NCBI GenBank assembly: GCA_048213135.1
Contig: PS015010.1
Location: 1,178,001 to 1,242,000, forward strand
Direction: 5' to 3'
DNA length: 64,000 bases
Source: Reclinomonas americana ATCC 50394
Lineage: Eukaryota
Shown here: piece by piece, positions 45,315-53,733 of the stretch
Position numbering within the stretch: position 1 is the first letter of the stretch
Layout of the letters: every line of letters starts with the position of its first letter
Position numbers and translations under genes: made by a program
The notes under the pieces: generated by a model
Seen by the model: the letters and a program-made list of their open reading frames with translations, nothing else
What the model was told of the DNA's origin: nothing
The model's database searches: none

Positions 45315-46478
45315 TTATTTCCTGGGCAATACGTAGTTCTCCACGTCTTCCAGCGTAATGATTTTACCGGATAGGATCACCAGGCGCTCCACTACGTTGC
45401 GGAGCTCACGGATATTACCAGTCCAGTTATAGGCTGAAAGGGCTTCTATCGCTTTATTGTCGATGGATTTACGCGGCTGCCCGTATTCATTGGCAATAAT
45501 GTCGAGAAAATAATCAACCAGCGAGGGCACATCTTCCCGCCTTTCGTTGAGTGACGGTACATGTATAATGATCACGCCCAGCCGGTGATACAGGTCAAGC
45601 CTGAAGTTCTTGTCATCCACTTCCTTCAGCAGGTCCTTATTGGTAGCGGCAATCACGCGAACATCAACCGAAATATCTTTATCGGCTCCCACACGGGTGA
45701 TCTTACCTTCCTGTAAGGCACGCAGTACCTTGGCCTGTGCAGTAAGGCTCATATCGCCGATCTCGTCGAGGAAAAGCGTGCCGCCGTTGGCAGTCTCAAA
45801 CTTACCGATGCGCTGTTTAATGGCTGATGTGAATGACCCTTTTTCGTGGCCAAACAATTCACTTTCGATCAGTTCGCCGGGAATGGCAGCGCAGTTTACT
45901 TCCACCATGGGGCCGCTGCTGCGGTTGCTTTTTTCGTGTATCCAGCGGGCCACCAGTTCTTTGCCCACACCGTTCTCTCCGGTAATGAGCACACGGGCAT
46001 CGGTGGGTGCCACTTTTTCGATGGTGTCTTTAATTTTTTTGATGGGACCACTATCACCTACCATTTCCAAAGCCTTGCCTGCTTTACGTTTAAGCACTTT
46101 GGTCTCGGTTACCAGGCTTTGCTTGTCGAGGGCGTTGCGCAGGGTGATGAGCAGGCGGTTCAGATCCGGCGGCTTGCTCACATAATCATAAGCTCCTTTT
46201 TTAACGGCTTCCACGGCTGTATCTATATTACCGTGACCGCTGATCATGATAACGGGTACATCGGGATTCATTTCCCTCGATTTTTCCAGGAATTCAATGC
46301 CATCTACCTTGGGCATCTTGATATCGCAAAGCACCACATCGTAGGTTTTCTCTCCAAAACGTTTCAGTCCCTCCTCCCCGTCTGCAGCCTCGTCTATTTT
46401 GTATCCTTCATAACTGAGTATTTCCGACAAGGTTTTTCTTATCGCCTTCTCATCATCGATAATTAAAATATTGGCCAT
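45315..46478 (-). CDS. NtrC-family response regulator (receiver + sigma54-type AAA+ domain, no C-terminal HTH)
   Basis: IIDDE...CDIKMP receiver; GENGVGKE Walker A; FLDEIGDM; WTGNIRELRN. Confidence 0.9.
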   Translation of the reverse strand: MANILIIDDEKAIRKTLSEILSYEGYKIDEAADGEEGLKRFGEKTYDVVLCDIKMPKVDGIEFLEKSREMNPDVPVIMISGHGNIDTAVEAVKKGAYDYVSKPPDLNRLLITLRNALDKQSLVTETKVLKRKAGKALEMVGDSGPIKKIKDTIEKVAPTDARVLITGENGVGKELVARWIHEKSNRSSGPMVEVNCAAIPGELIESELFGHEKGSFTSAIKQRIGKFETANGGTLFLDEIGDMSLTAQAKVLRALQEGKITRVGADKDISVDVRVIAATNKDLLKEVDDKNFRLDLYHRLGVIIIHVPSLNERREDVPSLVDYFLDIIANEYGQPRKSIDNKAIEALSAYNWTGNIRELRNVVERLVILSGKIITLEDVENYVLPRK

Positions 46479-46533
46479 GTTTTAACAAAGTTTGATGTGG
46501 ATTTCGTCGTTAGCTGTGTCCACAATATTCGGC

Positions 46534-46541
46534 CAAAAATA
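46534..46541 (-). promoter_or_regulatory. Bacteroidota -7 promoter element (NtrC-like gene)
   Basis: TATTTTTG on the minus strand. Confidence 0.45.
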
Positions 46542-46548
46542 ACGAAAT

Positions 46549-47325
46549 ATGACCTTTAAAACATGCTTTATCTTATCCTGCATTTTGTCTTTTTCCTGTA
46601 ACAGCCCCGCAGGTACGCCAGGGGTAAAGCCTCCCCCGCTGGTGAGCGGTAACGACAACCCTTACCTGCGTATCGACAGTATTCCTCTTCCTGCCGGTTA
46701 CAAACGGGTGACCGCCGCGGAAGGCTCGTTCGCTGCTTACCTGCGCAGCCTGCCGCTGAAAAGGGATAAAACGGTTTACCTGTTCAACGGGCAGCCCAAA
46801 CTGAACCAGCAGGCCCAGTTTGCTGTACTGGACATCAGCGTAGGTGAAAAAGACCTGCAGCAATGTGCCGACGCGGCCATGCGGTTGCGTGCCGAGTATC
46901 TTTTTGCCGCGGGAGATTACGGATCCATTGTATTCACCGACAATGAAGGAAAGGTTTATCGCTTTACGGCGCCGTTTACTTCCGCCGGACTGCAGCAGTT
47001 CCTGCAACGGGTTTTTGGTATGTGTGGCTCGGCTTCGCTGGCCAAACAATTGCACCGTGTAGATCAGTTTGAGGATATACAACCCGGTGATGTTATCATC
47101 AGGGGTGGTTTTCCGGGCCATGCGGTGACGGTGATGGACGTGGCGGAGAACGACAAAGGTGAAAAGATCTGCCTGTTGTCGCAGAGTTTTATGCCGGCGC
47201 AAAATATTCATATTCTTATCAACCCGCTCAACGATGAATTGTCGCCCTGGTATCCCATGCCCGGCAGCGATATCATTGTTACACCTGAGTATACTTTCCG
47301 TAAAAATGAACTGAAGCGCTGGTAA
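46549..47325 (+). CDS. DUF4846 domain lipoprotein
   Basis: Lipobox LSFSC; SFAAYLRSLPLK, DLQQCADA.MRLRAEYL, GGFPGHAV.VMD, QSFMPAQ.IHIL.NP. Confidence 0.85.
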   Translation: MTFKTCFILSCILSFSCNSPAGTPGVKPPPLVSGNDNPYLRIDSIPLPAGYKRVTAAEGSFAAYLRSLPLKRDKTVYLFNGQPKLNQQAQFAVLDISVGEKDLQQCADAAMRLRAEYLFAAGDYGSIVFTDNEGKVYRFTAPFTSAGLQQFLQRVFGMCGSASLAKQLHRVDQFEDIQPGDVIIRGGFPGHAVTVMDVAENDKGEKICLLSQSFMPAQNIHILINPLNDELSPWYPMPGSDIIVTPEYTFRKNELKRW

Positions 47326-47329
47326 GAGA

Positions 47330-47356
47330 AAGGCCGCCTTTCATGATGGCGGCCTT
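47330..47356. terminator. Hairpin between convergent genes (probable bidirectional terminator)
   Basis: AAGGCCGCC-9 nt-GGCGGCCTT. Confidence 0.65.
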
Positions 47357-47404
47357 GTGCGTGATGGTTATAAAAAACGGTTAGTTCCGCAATGCCTGTA
47401 TATA

Positions 47405-48655
47405 TTAATCCAGCATCTTCCTTAACGCTTCCATGTCATAGTTTTTAATAAAATTATTGAAAAGGGTTTCAGAGAAAAACCTTCCTATTTCATACCGGAA
47501 CTGTACGCGGAAGAATAAGGGCGTTACAGGTGTGGCGGCTTTGTCTTTGAAGTAAGCAGGATTGTACTGTACCAGTGATTGTCCTGAGCCCGGGTTTTCG
47601 AATTGCGTAAAATCAAACAATCCATTGGAGGCTTGCTGGTAATCGTTAGGCCGGGAATTTCTTGTTGCAACAGTTGCCTGCTTTTGAAGCCAGTCGTTGC
47701 TTTGATTGGCCAGCATTTTTTTTACATGATCCTTTTTGGCGTCATATATTCTTTGGTAGGCCGCTTTATCGGCTTCATAAATGGCCATTCTTTTTTTCGC
47801 TTCCGGGCTGGACGATTTTGCGCTTTCCTTTGCTTTCAGGGCCACTATGTTCTGGAAGTTCTCTTTTTCCACTTCATAATATTCGAGCAGCGCTTCCAGG
47901 TATTCTTTACGGGTAACGGGCACAAACAAAGGCATGCCTGGCCTGGTAATGTACCACCGGCGGTTGAGCCATTGGTATTTTTTGGAATCTGCTCCCATTA
48001 AGGTGTCTTCAGTATAACCAGTGCCATTATTGATGTTATCAAATTCTCTTTTGCTGTTCGACACCAGGCTCTCGGAAAGGAATTGAGAGATGCGTGTACC
48101 GGCATGAGTGGCCAGGTAGCCCGCGTTTCTTTTTTCATGTTCCGCGTCGATCGCTATCTCATAACGGACGCTTTTATCTGTAATGTAAAAGTCGCCCAGT
48201 TCACCGTAAAATCTTGCTGCTGAAAGTGACGGGTTTACATCTACACGAAGCACCGTACGGTACTCTCCCACTGTCTTTACGATATGCTGCTGAACATGAC
48301 ATACATTCTGGTAAGCCGCCAGCTGGGCGCTGTACGACGCGTGAAAATAATTGCCAAAGAAGGTTTTGGAGAGGGTGCTGAAGCTGCTTCGAAGCTCACA
48401 ACCGGTTGCCTGGAAACCCCGGCGGCTGCTTTCTTCCAGCTTTTCTACGGCAGATAGTTTTTTTACAATCGACGCTTTATCCTGCGCACTGTAAGTACCC
48501 AGGTACATCGGGTATTTGGGTTGGGTATGGTCATAGTATTTCGCCGGCATCCTTTCCACTTCCTTATCATCCCCGCAAGGCTGTTGTGCCCTGCCGGTTG
48601 CGCCAATAAAAAACAGTATGCTGAAAAGTAAAGAATAGTGTTTCATGGAGATCAT
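47405..48655 (-). CDS. Hypothetical secreted protein
   Basis: Signal peptide MKHYSLLFSILFFIGATGRA; contains PLFVPVTRKEYL and LVQYNPAYFK segments; no recognisable catalytic motif. Confidence 0.75.
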   Translation of the reverse strand: MISMKHYSLLFSILFFIGATGRAQQPCGDDKEVERMPAKYYDHTQPKYPMYLGTYSAQDKASIVKKLSAVEKLEESSRRGFQATGCELRSSFSTLSKTFFGNYFHASYSAQLAAYQNVCHVQQHIVKTVGEYRTVLRVDVNPSLSAARFYGELGDFYITDKSVRYEIAIDAEHEKRNAGYLATHAGTRISQFLSESLVSNSKREFDNINNGTGYTEDTLMGADSKKYQWLNRRWYITRPGMPLFVPVTRKEYLEALLEYYEVEKENFQNIVALKAKESAKSSSPEAKKRMAIYEADKAAYQRIYDAKKDHVKKMLANQSNDWLQKQATVATRNSRPNDYQQASNGLFDFTQFENPGSGQSLVQYNPAYFKDKAATPVTPLFFRVQFRYEIGRFFSETLFNNFIKNYDMEALRKMLD

Positions 48656-48777
48656 TTAAAACCTGCTAAGCCCCGGTTTGATATTATCCCTGTACCTGGC
48701 AGTTATAACAGGGATGTCTTTACCGGTATGCTTATATTTATGTTGCTGTAAAAGTAGAGCCGGCAAACAGGGTAACC

Positions 48778-48832
48778 AATCCCTCAAAAAGATGATTTTT
48801 AATAAAAGTAAAAATCATCCAAAAAGAGGATG
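48778..48832. promoter_or_regulatory. Two imperfect 20-bp palindromic boxes, candidate NarL/LuxR-type operator
   Basis: AATCCCTC-aaaa-AGATGATT (48778-97) and AATCATCC-aaaa-AGAGGATG (48813-32). Confidence 0.55.
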
Positions 48833-48867
48833 AACCGGCATAATGAATTTTATTTATTTTGTAATAC

Positions 48868-50805
48868 ATGAGAAGATATCCGATACTGATCTTTTTGCTG
48901 GCCTGCATTTGCGTTACCAACGGACAAAAGCCTGGCAAGGACAGCCTTACTGCCCTTTTAAAGACGACAAAGGAAGACACCGGCAGGGTGTTGTTATTGA
49001 TCGACCTGGTTAAGGCCAATAAGAACGATAACATCACCCAGGCATATGTTTATTGCGATGAAGCGTTGAAACTAAGTACCAGTATCGGGTACAATAAGGG
49101 CCGGCTCCTGGCAATGCGAAATAAAATTTTCCTCCTCCGCATCGAGGATAAAGACAGTCTTGCGCTTGAGCATTGTAATGAATACTTACAAGTGGCCGGG
49201 TCATTAAAAGATTCCGGGAATATCAGCATCGCCTACCTGTACCTCGGTTATATCTACAACAAACTGGGGAATAATGAAAAAGGAATGGAGAATTCCCTCC
49301 GGGGGGTATCCATAGCCGAGCGCCTGGGCAATAAAGAAATTCTGCAGGATGCCTACCTGAATATGCAGCGCATGTATTTTTCGCGGTCAGAGTTTGAAAA
49401 AGCCATTGATTATGGCAGAAGGGCCATTGCCATAGGAAAAGAAAGAAATGACAGGGAAGACATTTTAAAACCCATGTACAACCTGGCTTACACTTATAAT
49501 ATCCTCAAAAAATTCGACAGTTCGGCCATACTTTCCCGTGAAGTGATCAACCTGAGCAGGCAGTTGGGCGAACAAAGGGTCGAAAGCTATGCACTCAGTA
49601 ACCTGTGTTCCGTGAGCCTGAGAACAGGCAATTTCAAAGACGCGCTGACCTATGGTTCGCAATGCCTGGAACTGGCCCGAAAGAACAGTGATAAAAGTAT
49701 CGAATCAACAGCGCTGTCAGCCCTGGGCCTGGCACACCTGCTGCTGAAGCAATACAAAGAGGCAGAGCAATATGGATTACAGGCGCTGGACCTGAAAAAT
49801 AAACTGGACGATAAAACAGGAAGAGCCGAGGTGGAAAAATTTGTCGCCAATGTTTATTATGCCCTTGGTGACCCTGTAAAAGCCTATGCCTATGAAAAGA
49901 GGTCTGAAGATTACCTGGACTCTGCCAACCAGTCTATCCTCTCTGAACAATCCTCCGAACTGGAGAAAAAATACGAAACGCAGAAAAAGGAAGCGCAAAT
50001 ACAATTGCAGCAGGCCGAGATCAGGCGCAAATCCATTCTCAATTATGTATTGCTTGGCGGGGCCGCCGCGCTGCTGATCATTTTCATGCTGGGATACCGG
50101 AACTATAAAAACCGCCAGAACCTGCAGCAGGCCAGGATTGACGAACTGGAAAAAGAAAAACAACTCACCGCCACAGAGGCCGTGTTAAAAGGTGAAGAAC
50201 AGGAACGGACACGACTGGCCAGGGATCTTCACGATGGATTGGGAGGAATGCTGAGTGGTATTAAACATTCTTTAAGCAACATGAAAGGAAACCTGATCAT
50301 GACACCTGACAATGTACAGGCGTTTGAACGCAGTATTGATATGCTGGACAGTTCTATAAAAGAAATGCGGCGTGTAGCGCATAATATGATGCCCGAAGTG
50401 TTGGTTAAATACGGCCTGGATACTGCCCTGAAAGAATTCTGCCAGGAAATCGACCATAGTGGTGTGATCCATACCAGCTATCACTCCATTGGCATGGATA
50501 AATTGACGATGGAACAAACAACCGCGGTTACCGTGTACCGCATTGTTCAGGAGCTCGTAAACAATGCCATCAAGCACGCCGCCGCTGAACAGGTGCTGGT
50601 ACAGGCGCATATGTCGGAAGAGGAAAAGTTACTGACAGTTACCGTGGAAGATGACGGAAAAGGATTTGATACAACAGCATTGAAACAGGCATCGGGGATT
50701 GGATGGAGCAATATTCAAAACCGTGTGGAGTTCCTGAAAGGAAAAATTGACATCAAATCATTACCCGGAAAGGGCACTTCTGTTTTAATTGAAATAAACA
50801 TGTAG
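48868..50805 (+). CDS. TPR-containing membrane sensor histidine kinase (HisKA_3 type)
   Basis: Signal peptide; TPR periplasmic region; KYET.KKE; TM helix; ERTRLARDLHDGLG; QELVNNAIKHA; DDGKGF; GIGWSNI. Confidence 0.95.
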   Translation: MRRYPILIFLLACICVTNGQKPGKDSLTALLKTTKEDTGRVLLLIDLVKANKNDNITQAYVYCDEALKLSTSIGYNKGRLLAMRNKIFLLRIEDKDSLALEHCNEYLQVAGSLKDSGNISIAYLYLGYIYNKLGNNEKGMENSLRGVSIAERLGNKEILQDAYLNMQRMYFSRSEFEKAIDYGRRAIAIGKERNDREDILKPMYNLAYTYNILKKFDSSAILSREVINLSRQLGEQRVESYALSNLCSVSLRTGNFKDALTYGSQCLELARKNSDKSIESTALSALGLAHLLLKQYKEAEQYGLQALDLKNKLDDKTGRAEVEKFVANVYYALGDPVKAYAYEKRSEDYLDSANQSILSEQSSELEKKYETQKKEAQIQLQQAEIRRKSILNYVLLGGAAALLIIFMLGYRNYKNRQNLQQARIDELEKEKQLTATEAVLKGEEQERTRLARDLHDGLGGMLSGIKHSLSNMKGNLIMTPDNVQAFERSIDMLDSSIKEMRRVAHNMMPEVLVKYGLDTALKEFCQEIDHSGVIHTSYHSIGMDKLTMEQTTAVTVYRIVQELVNNAIKHAAAEQVLVQAHMSEEEKLLTVTVEDDGKGFDTTALKQASGIGWSNIQNRVEFLKGKIDIKSLPGKGTSVLIEINM

Positions 50806-50816
50806 GTTTGCCAGTA

Positions 50817-51431
50817 ATGAAAACAAGCGTATTCATAGTCGACGACCATTATATGGTAATTGAAGGTATCCGCTCATTGTTGCAAAGTGAAGAGGATATC
50901 GAATGGGTGGGCCATGCCACCAATGCGGCTTCCTGCCTCAGTTTCCTGAAACAACAACAGCCAGCCGTGATATTGATGGACATCAACCTGCCCGACAAGA
51001 ACGGTATTGAACTGTGTAAAGAAGTTAAGCAACTTTACCCGGCCATAGCCGTGCTGGGATTGAGTACGTTTAACCAGCAGGCCATTATCCGCAATATGGT
51101 TGACAATGGAGCATCGGGCTATGTGCTGAAGAACGCGACGAAAGAAGAATTACTCGAAGCCATTGCTGCTGTGGCGTCGGGCAAAGACTACCTGAGTATG
51201 GAGGTCGCACTTTCCCTGCGTGAATCCGATGATGCGATGCCTCCTATTACCAAGCGCGAAAAAGAAGTGCTGAAGCTGATCGCCGAAGGCCTTACCAATG
51301 CCGAAATAGCCGGGCAGCTCTTCATCAGTATCCTCACTGTCAATACCCACCGCAGAAGTCTTCTTGAAAAATTCGATGCTAAAAATACCGCGATCCTTAT
51401 TGGTAAAGCGGCGAAACAGGGGTTGATATAA
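50817..51431 (+). CDS. NarL/LuxR family response regulator
   Basis: VDDH...MDINLP...GYVLK receiver; ITKREKEVLKLIAEGLTNAEIA HTH. Confidence 0.95.
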   Translation: MKTSVFIVDDHYMVIEGIRSLLQSEEDIEWVGHATNAASCLSFLKQQQPAVILMDINLPDKNGIELCKEVKQLYPAIAVLGLSTFNQQAIIRNMVDNGASGYVLKNATKEELLEAIAAVASGKDYLSMEVALSLRESDDAMPPITKREKEVLKLIAEGLTNAEIAGQLFISILTVNTHRRSLLEKFDAKNTAILIGKAAKQGLI

Positions 51432-51476
51432 CTGTCTGTTTGATCATAACTACGAGGTATCTTTCGCCATAGTAAA

Positions 51477-51531
51477 GAGATTCCTTCCCGATATCGTTCC
51501 TCATCGGGACAAGCTCTTTCGTCGGAATGAC
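51477..51531. repeat. REP-like nested palindromic element
   Basis: GAGATTCC...GTCGGAATGAC outer arms enclosing TCCCGAT-10 nt-ATCGGGA. Confidence 0.5.
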
Positions 51532-51591
51532 CAAAAATGAAATTGTTTCATGACCAGGCAGGAATCATTTTTATTCTATGATAAATTCCTT

Positions 51592-51599
51592 TATTTTTG
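51592..51599 (+). promoter_or_regulatory. Bacteroidota -7 promoter element (tRNA-Pro)
   Basis: TATTTTTG 13 nt upstream of the tRNA. Confidence 0.6.
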
Positions 51600-51612
51600 C
51601 CGTCCAATTTTT

Positions 51613-51686
51613 CGGGATGTAGCGCAGCCCGGTAGCGCACACGTCTGGGGGGCGTGGGGTCGCAAGTTCAAATCTTGTCATCCCGA
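51613..51686 (+). tRNA. tRNA-Pro (GGG)
   Basis: Acceptor CGGGATG/CATCCCG; D arm GCGC/GCGC; anticodon arm CACGT-CTGGGGG-GCGTG; T loop TTCAAAT; CCA not encoded. Confidence 0.96.
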
Positions 51687-51692
51687 CAAGTT

Positions 51693-51722
51693 AAAGATCT
51701 CTGTTTCGGCAGAGATTTTTTT
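51693..51722 (+). terminator. Rho-independent terminator after tRNA-Pro
   Basis: ATCTCTGT-TTCG-GCAGAGAT followed by a T tract. Confidence 0.85.
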
Positions 51723-51844
51723 ATGCTGATATCCGGGAATGGTTAAATCTGTCACAAAGCCGTGAAGACCAGGTGCAGAGAGAAGAGGAATAGCGTCGGC
51801 TTTTTCCGATTTTTTAACGATATTTGCGAAATCTCCTGTCAGAA

Positions 51845-53110
51845 ATGAAGGTTTTACTACAACAAGTTCATATAGTTTCGTCCTCCTCTCCTTTTAACGG
51901 GCTAGTAAAAGATATTTTGATCGATGATGGGATCATTCATTCCATTGCAGATCATATCCCCGGAGAAGCCGGCCAGGTGGTTTCCGGCCAGGGTCTGCAC
52001 GTGAGTACCGGCTGGGTGGATGTTTTTGCCGATTTTGCCGATCCGGGTTATGAATTCCGCGAAACCGTGGAAACCGGTGCCGCAGCTGCTGCCAGTGGCG
52101 GATTTACCGATGTGCTGGTAGTCCCCGGCACGTCTCCTGCTGTTCATAATAAATCGCAGGTAGAATACATCCGGCAGAAAGCAGCGCACACAGCGGTAAA
52201 TGTACACCCCATTGGAGCGGTAACTAAAAACGCGGAGGGTAAAGAGCTCGCAGAAATGTTCGACATGCTGCAATCCGGTGCCGCCGCGTTCGGTGATGGC
52301 AGGAACAGCATACAGAATGCAGGACTGCTGCTGAAAGCCCTTCAGTACGTAAAAAGTTTCAACGGTATTATTATACAAATTCCCGACGATAAAAGCATTG
52401 GTGCCAACGGGCTGATGAATGAAGGTATCATTTCCACGCGTCTGGGATTGCCCGGCAAACCCGCCATGGCAGAAGAACTGATGGTAGCCAGGGATATTAA
52501 ACTGGCCCGCTATGCCGAAAGCCGGCTTCATTTTACAGGCGTATCGTCGCCCAAAAGCCTGGAGTACATCCGCAGGGCGAAGGATGCCGGTCTGCAGATC
52601 AGCTGTTCGGTTACGCCTTATCACCTGTACTTCTGCGATGAACAACTGCAGGATTATGACGCTAACCTCAAAGTGAATCCGCCCCTGCGCACCCGTACAG
52701 ATATGACAGCATTGCGGCAAGCGCTGACTGATGGAACCATCGACTGCATTGCTTCGCACCATACCCCGCAGAACTGGGACAGTAAAACCTGTGAGTTTGA
52801 ATACGCCCAGCCGGGCATGATCGGCCTGGAAACTCTTTTCGGTGTTATGGGCACACTATGGCCATCCTCACTCACTCTTGAACAAAAGATCAGTATGCTG
52901 AGTGATGCCCCGCGCCGCCTCTTCAACCTGCCAGTTGCAGAAATAAAAGAAGGCGCAACCGCTTCTCTCACGATCTTTAACCCGGATACAGCATATACTT
53001 TCGATGAATCAATGATCAGGTCCCGTTCCCGTAACACCCCGTTCACCGGTCAAACGCTGAAGGGGAAAGTGACTGGTATCATTAACGGCAAACAAATACA
53101 ACTCAATTGA
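51845..53110 (+). CDS. Dihydroorotase-like amidohydrolase homologue (probably catalytically inactive)
   Basis: AAASGGFT, KVNPPLR and SRSRNTPF match the DHOase fold, but the metal-ligand His and catalytic Asp positions are substituted. Confidence 0.85.
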   Translation: MKVLLQQVHIVSSSSPFNGLVKDILIDDGIIHSIADHIPGEAGQVVSGQGLHVSTGWVDVFADFADPGYEFRETVETGAAAAASGGFTDVLVVPGTSPAVHNKSQVEYIRQKAAHTAVNVHPIGAVTKNAEGKELAEMFDMLQSGAAAFGDGRNSIQNAGLLLKALQYVKSFNGIIIQIPDDKSIGANGLMNEGIISTRLGLPGKPAMAEELMVARDIKLARYAESRLHFTGVSSPKSLEYIRRAKDAGLQISCSVTPYHLYFCDEQLQDYDANLKVNPPLRTRTDMTALRQALTDGTIDCIASHHTPQNWDSKTCEFEYAQPGMIGLETLFGVMGTLWPSSLTLEQKISMLSDAPRRLFNLPVAEIKEGATASLTIFNPDTAYTFDESMIRSRSRNTPFTGQTLKGKVTGIINGKQIQLN

Positions 53111-53619
53111 AAAATATTTCACCCGCATACAAAGGCATGGTTACCGGCGGGGTGATGATTGCCATCGCCCTGTTCGCATTTTACGGCCTGCATATACAAC
53201 CCAATACCCGGGAACAAACACCCATGCTGGGGCTGATGATCGCCGGTATGTTATGGAGTCTTTTTTCTTACCGTCAGGATCCATCAGGAGAAAAGAATTT
53301 TAAGGATTATTTCTCCGTTGGGTTTCGCACTTTTATCGTGATCACACTGCTGATGGCCGTGTATACCCTGGTTTTTTACCTGCTCAATACGGGGGTAAGA
53401 GACACCTGGATCGCGGAGAACAGCGAACTGCTGCGTAAGGAAGGCAAAAAAATGCCCGTGGAAATCGAAGAGAATGCCCGGCAGCTGAAGAAAGCGTTCT
53501 TACCCATGGTACTGGGTATCACGGTATTCAAATACCTGATCCTGGGTGTGCTGGTAGCTGTTGTGGGCGCCGGTTTCCTGAGTCAGAAAAGAAGCGATAA
53601 GGATAATGCGGCAAGGTGA
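53107..53619 (+). CDS. DUF4199 family membrane protein
   Basis: Four TM segments; FKDYFSVGF motif; lies between the DHOase homologue and GT2. Confidence 0.7.
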   Translation: MKNISPAYKGMVTGGVMIAIALFAFYGLHIQPNTREQTPMLGLMIAGMLWSLFSYRQDPSGEKNFKDYFSVGFRTFIVITLLMAVYTLVFYLLNTGVRDTWIAENSELLRKEGKKMPVEIEENARQLKKAFLPMVLGITVFKYLILGVLVAVVGAGFLSQKRSDKDNAAR

Positions 53620-53690
53620 TAATCCGATAAAGTGTCAATTGAATGAAGACCTGGTATCGACGCTGTTTGCCGGACGCTTGTATATTAAAC

Positions 53691-53725
53691 GATTCGTAAC
53701 TCGTAATTTGTAATTAGTAATTATC
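53691..53725 (+). repeat. Degenerate 7-bp tandem array (complement of the AATTACG family)
   Basis: gattcgt/aactcgt/aatttgt/aattagt/aattatc, just before the GT2 ATG. Confidence 0.75.
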
Positions 53726-53733
53726 TTTCAGAT

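Noticed and set aside
47405-51686. Genomic island integrated at tRNA-Pro
   Set aside because: No integrase and no duplicated tRNA 3' end were seen, and the cassette lies 5' of the tRNA.
51687-51689. Missing CCA on tRNA-Pro as a sign of a pseudogene
   Set aside because: All arms pair correctly, and CCA is commonly added post-transcriptionally.
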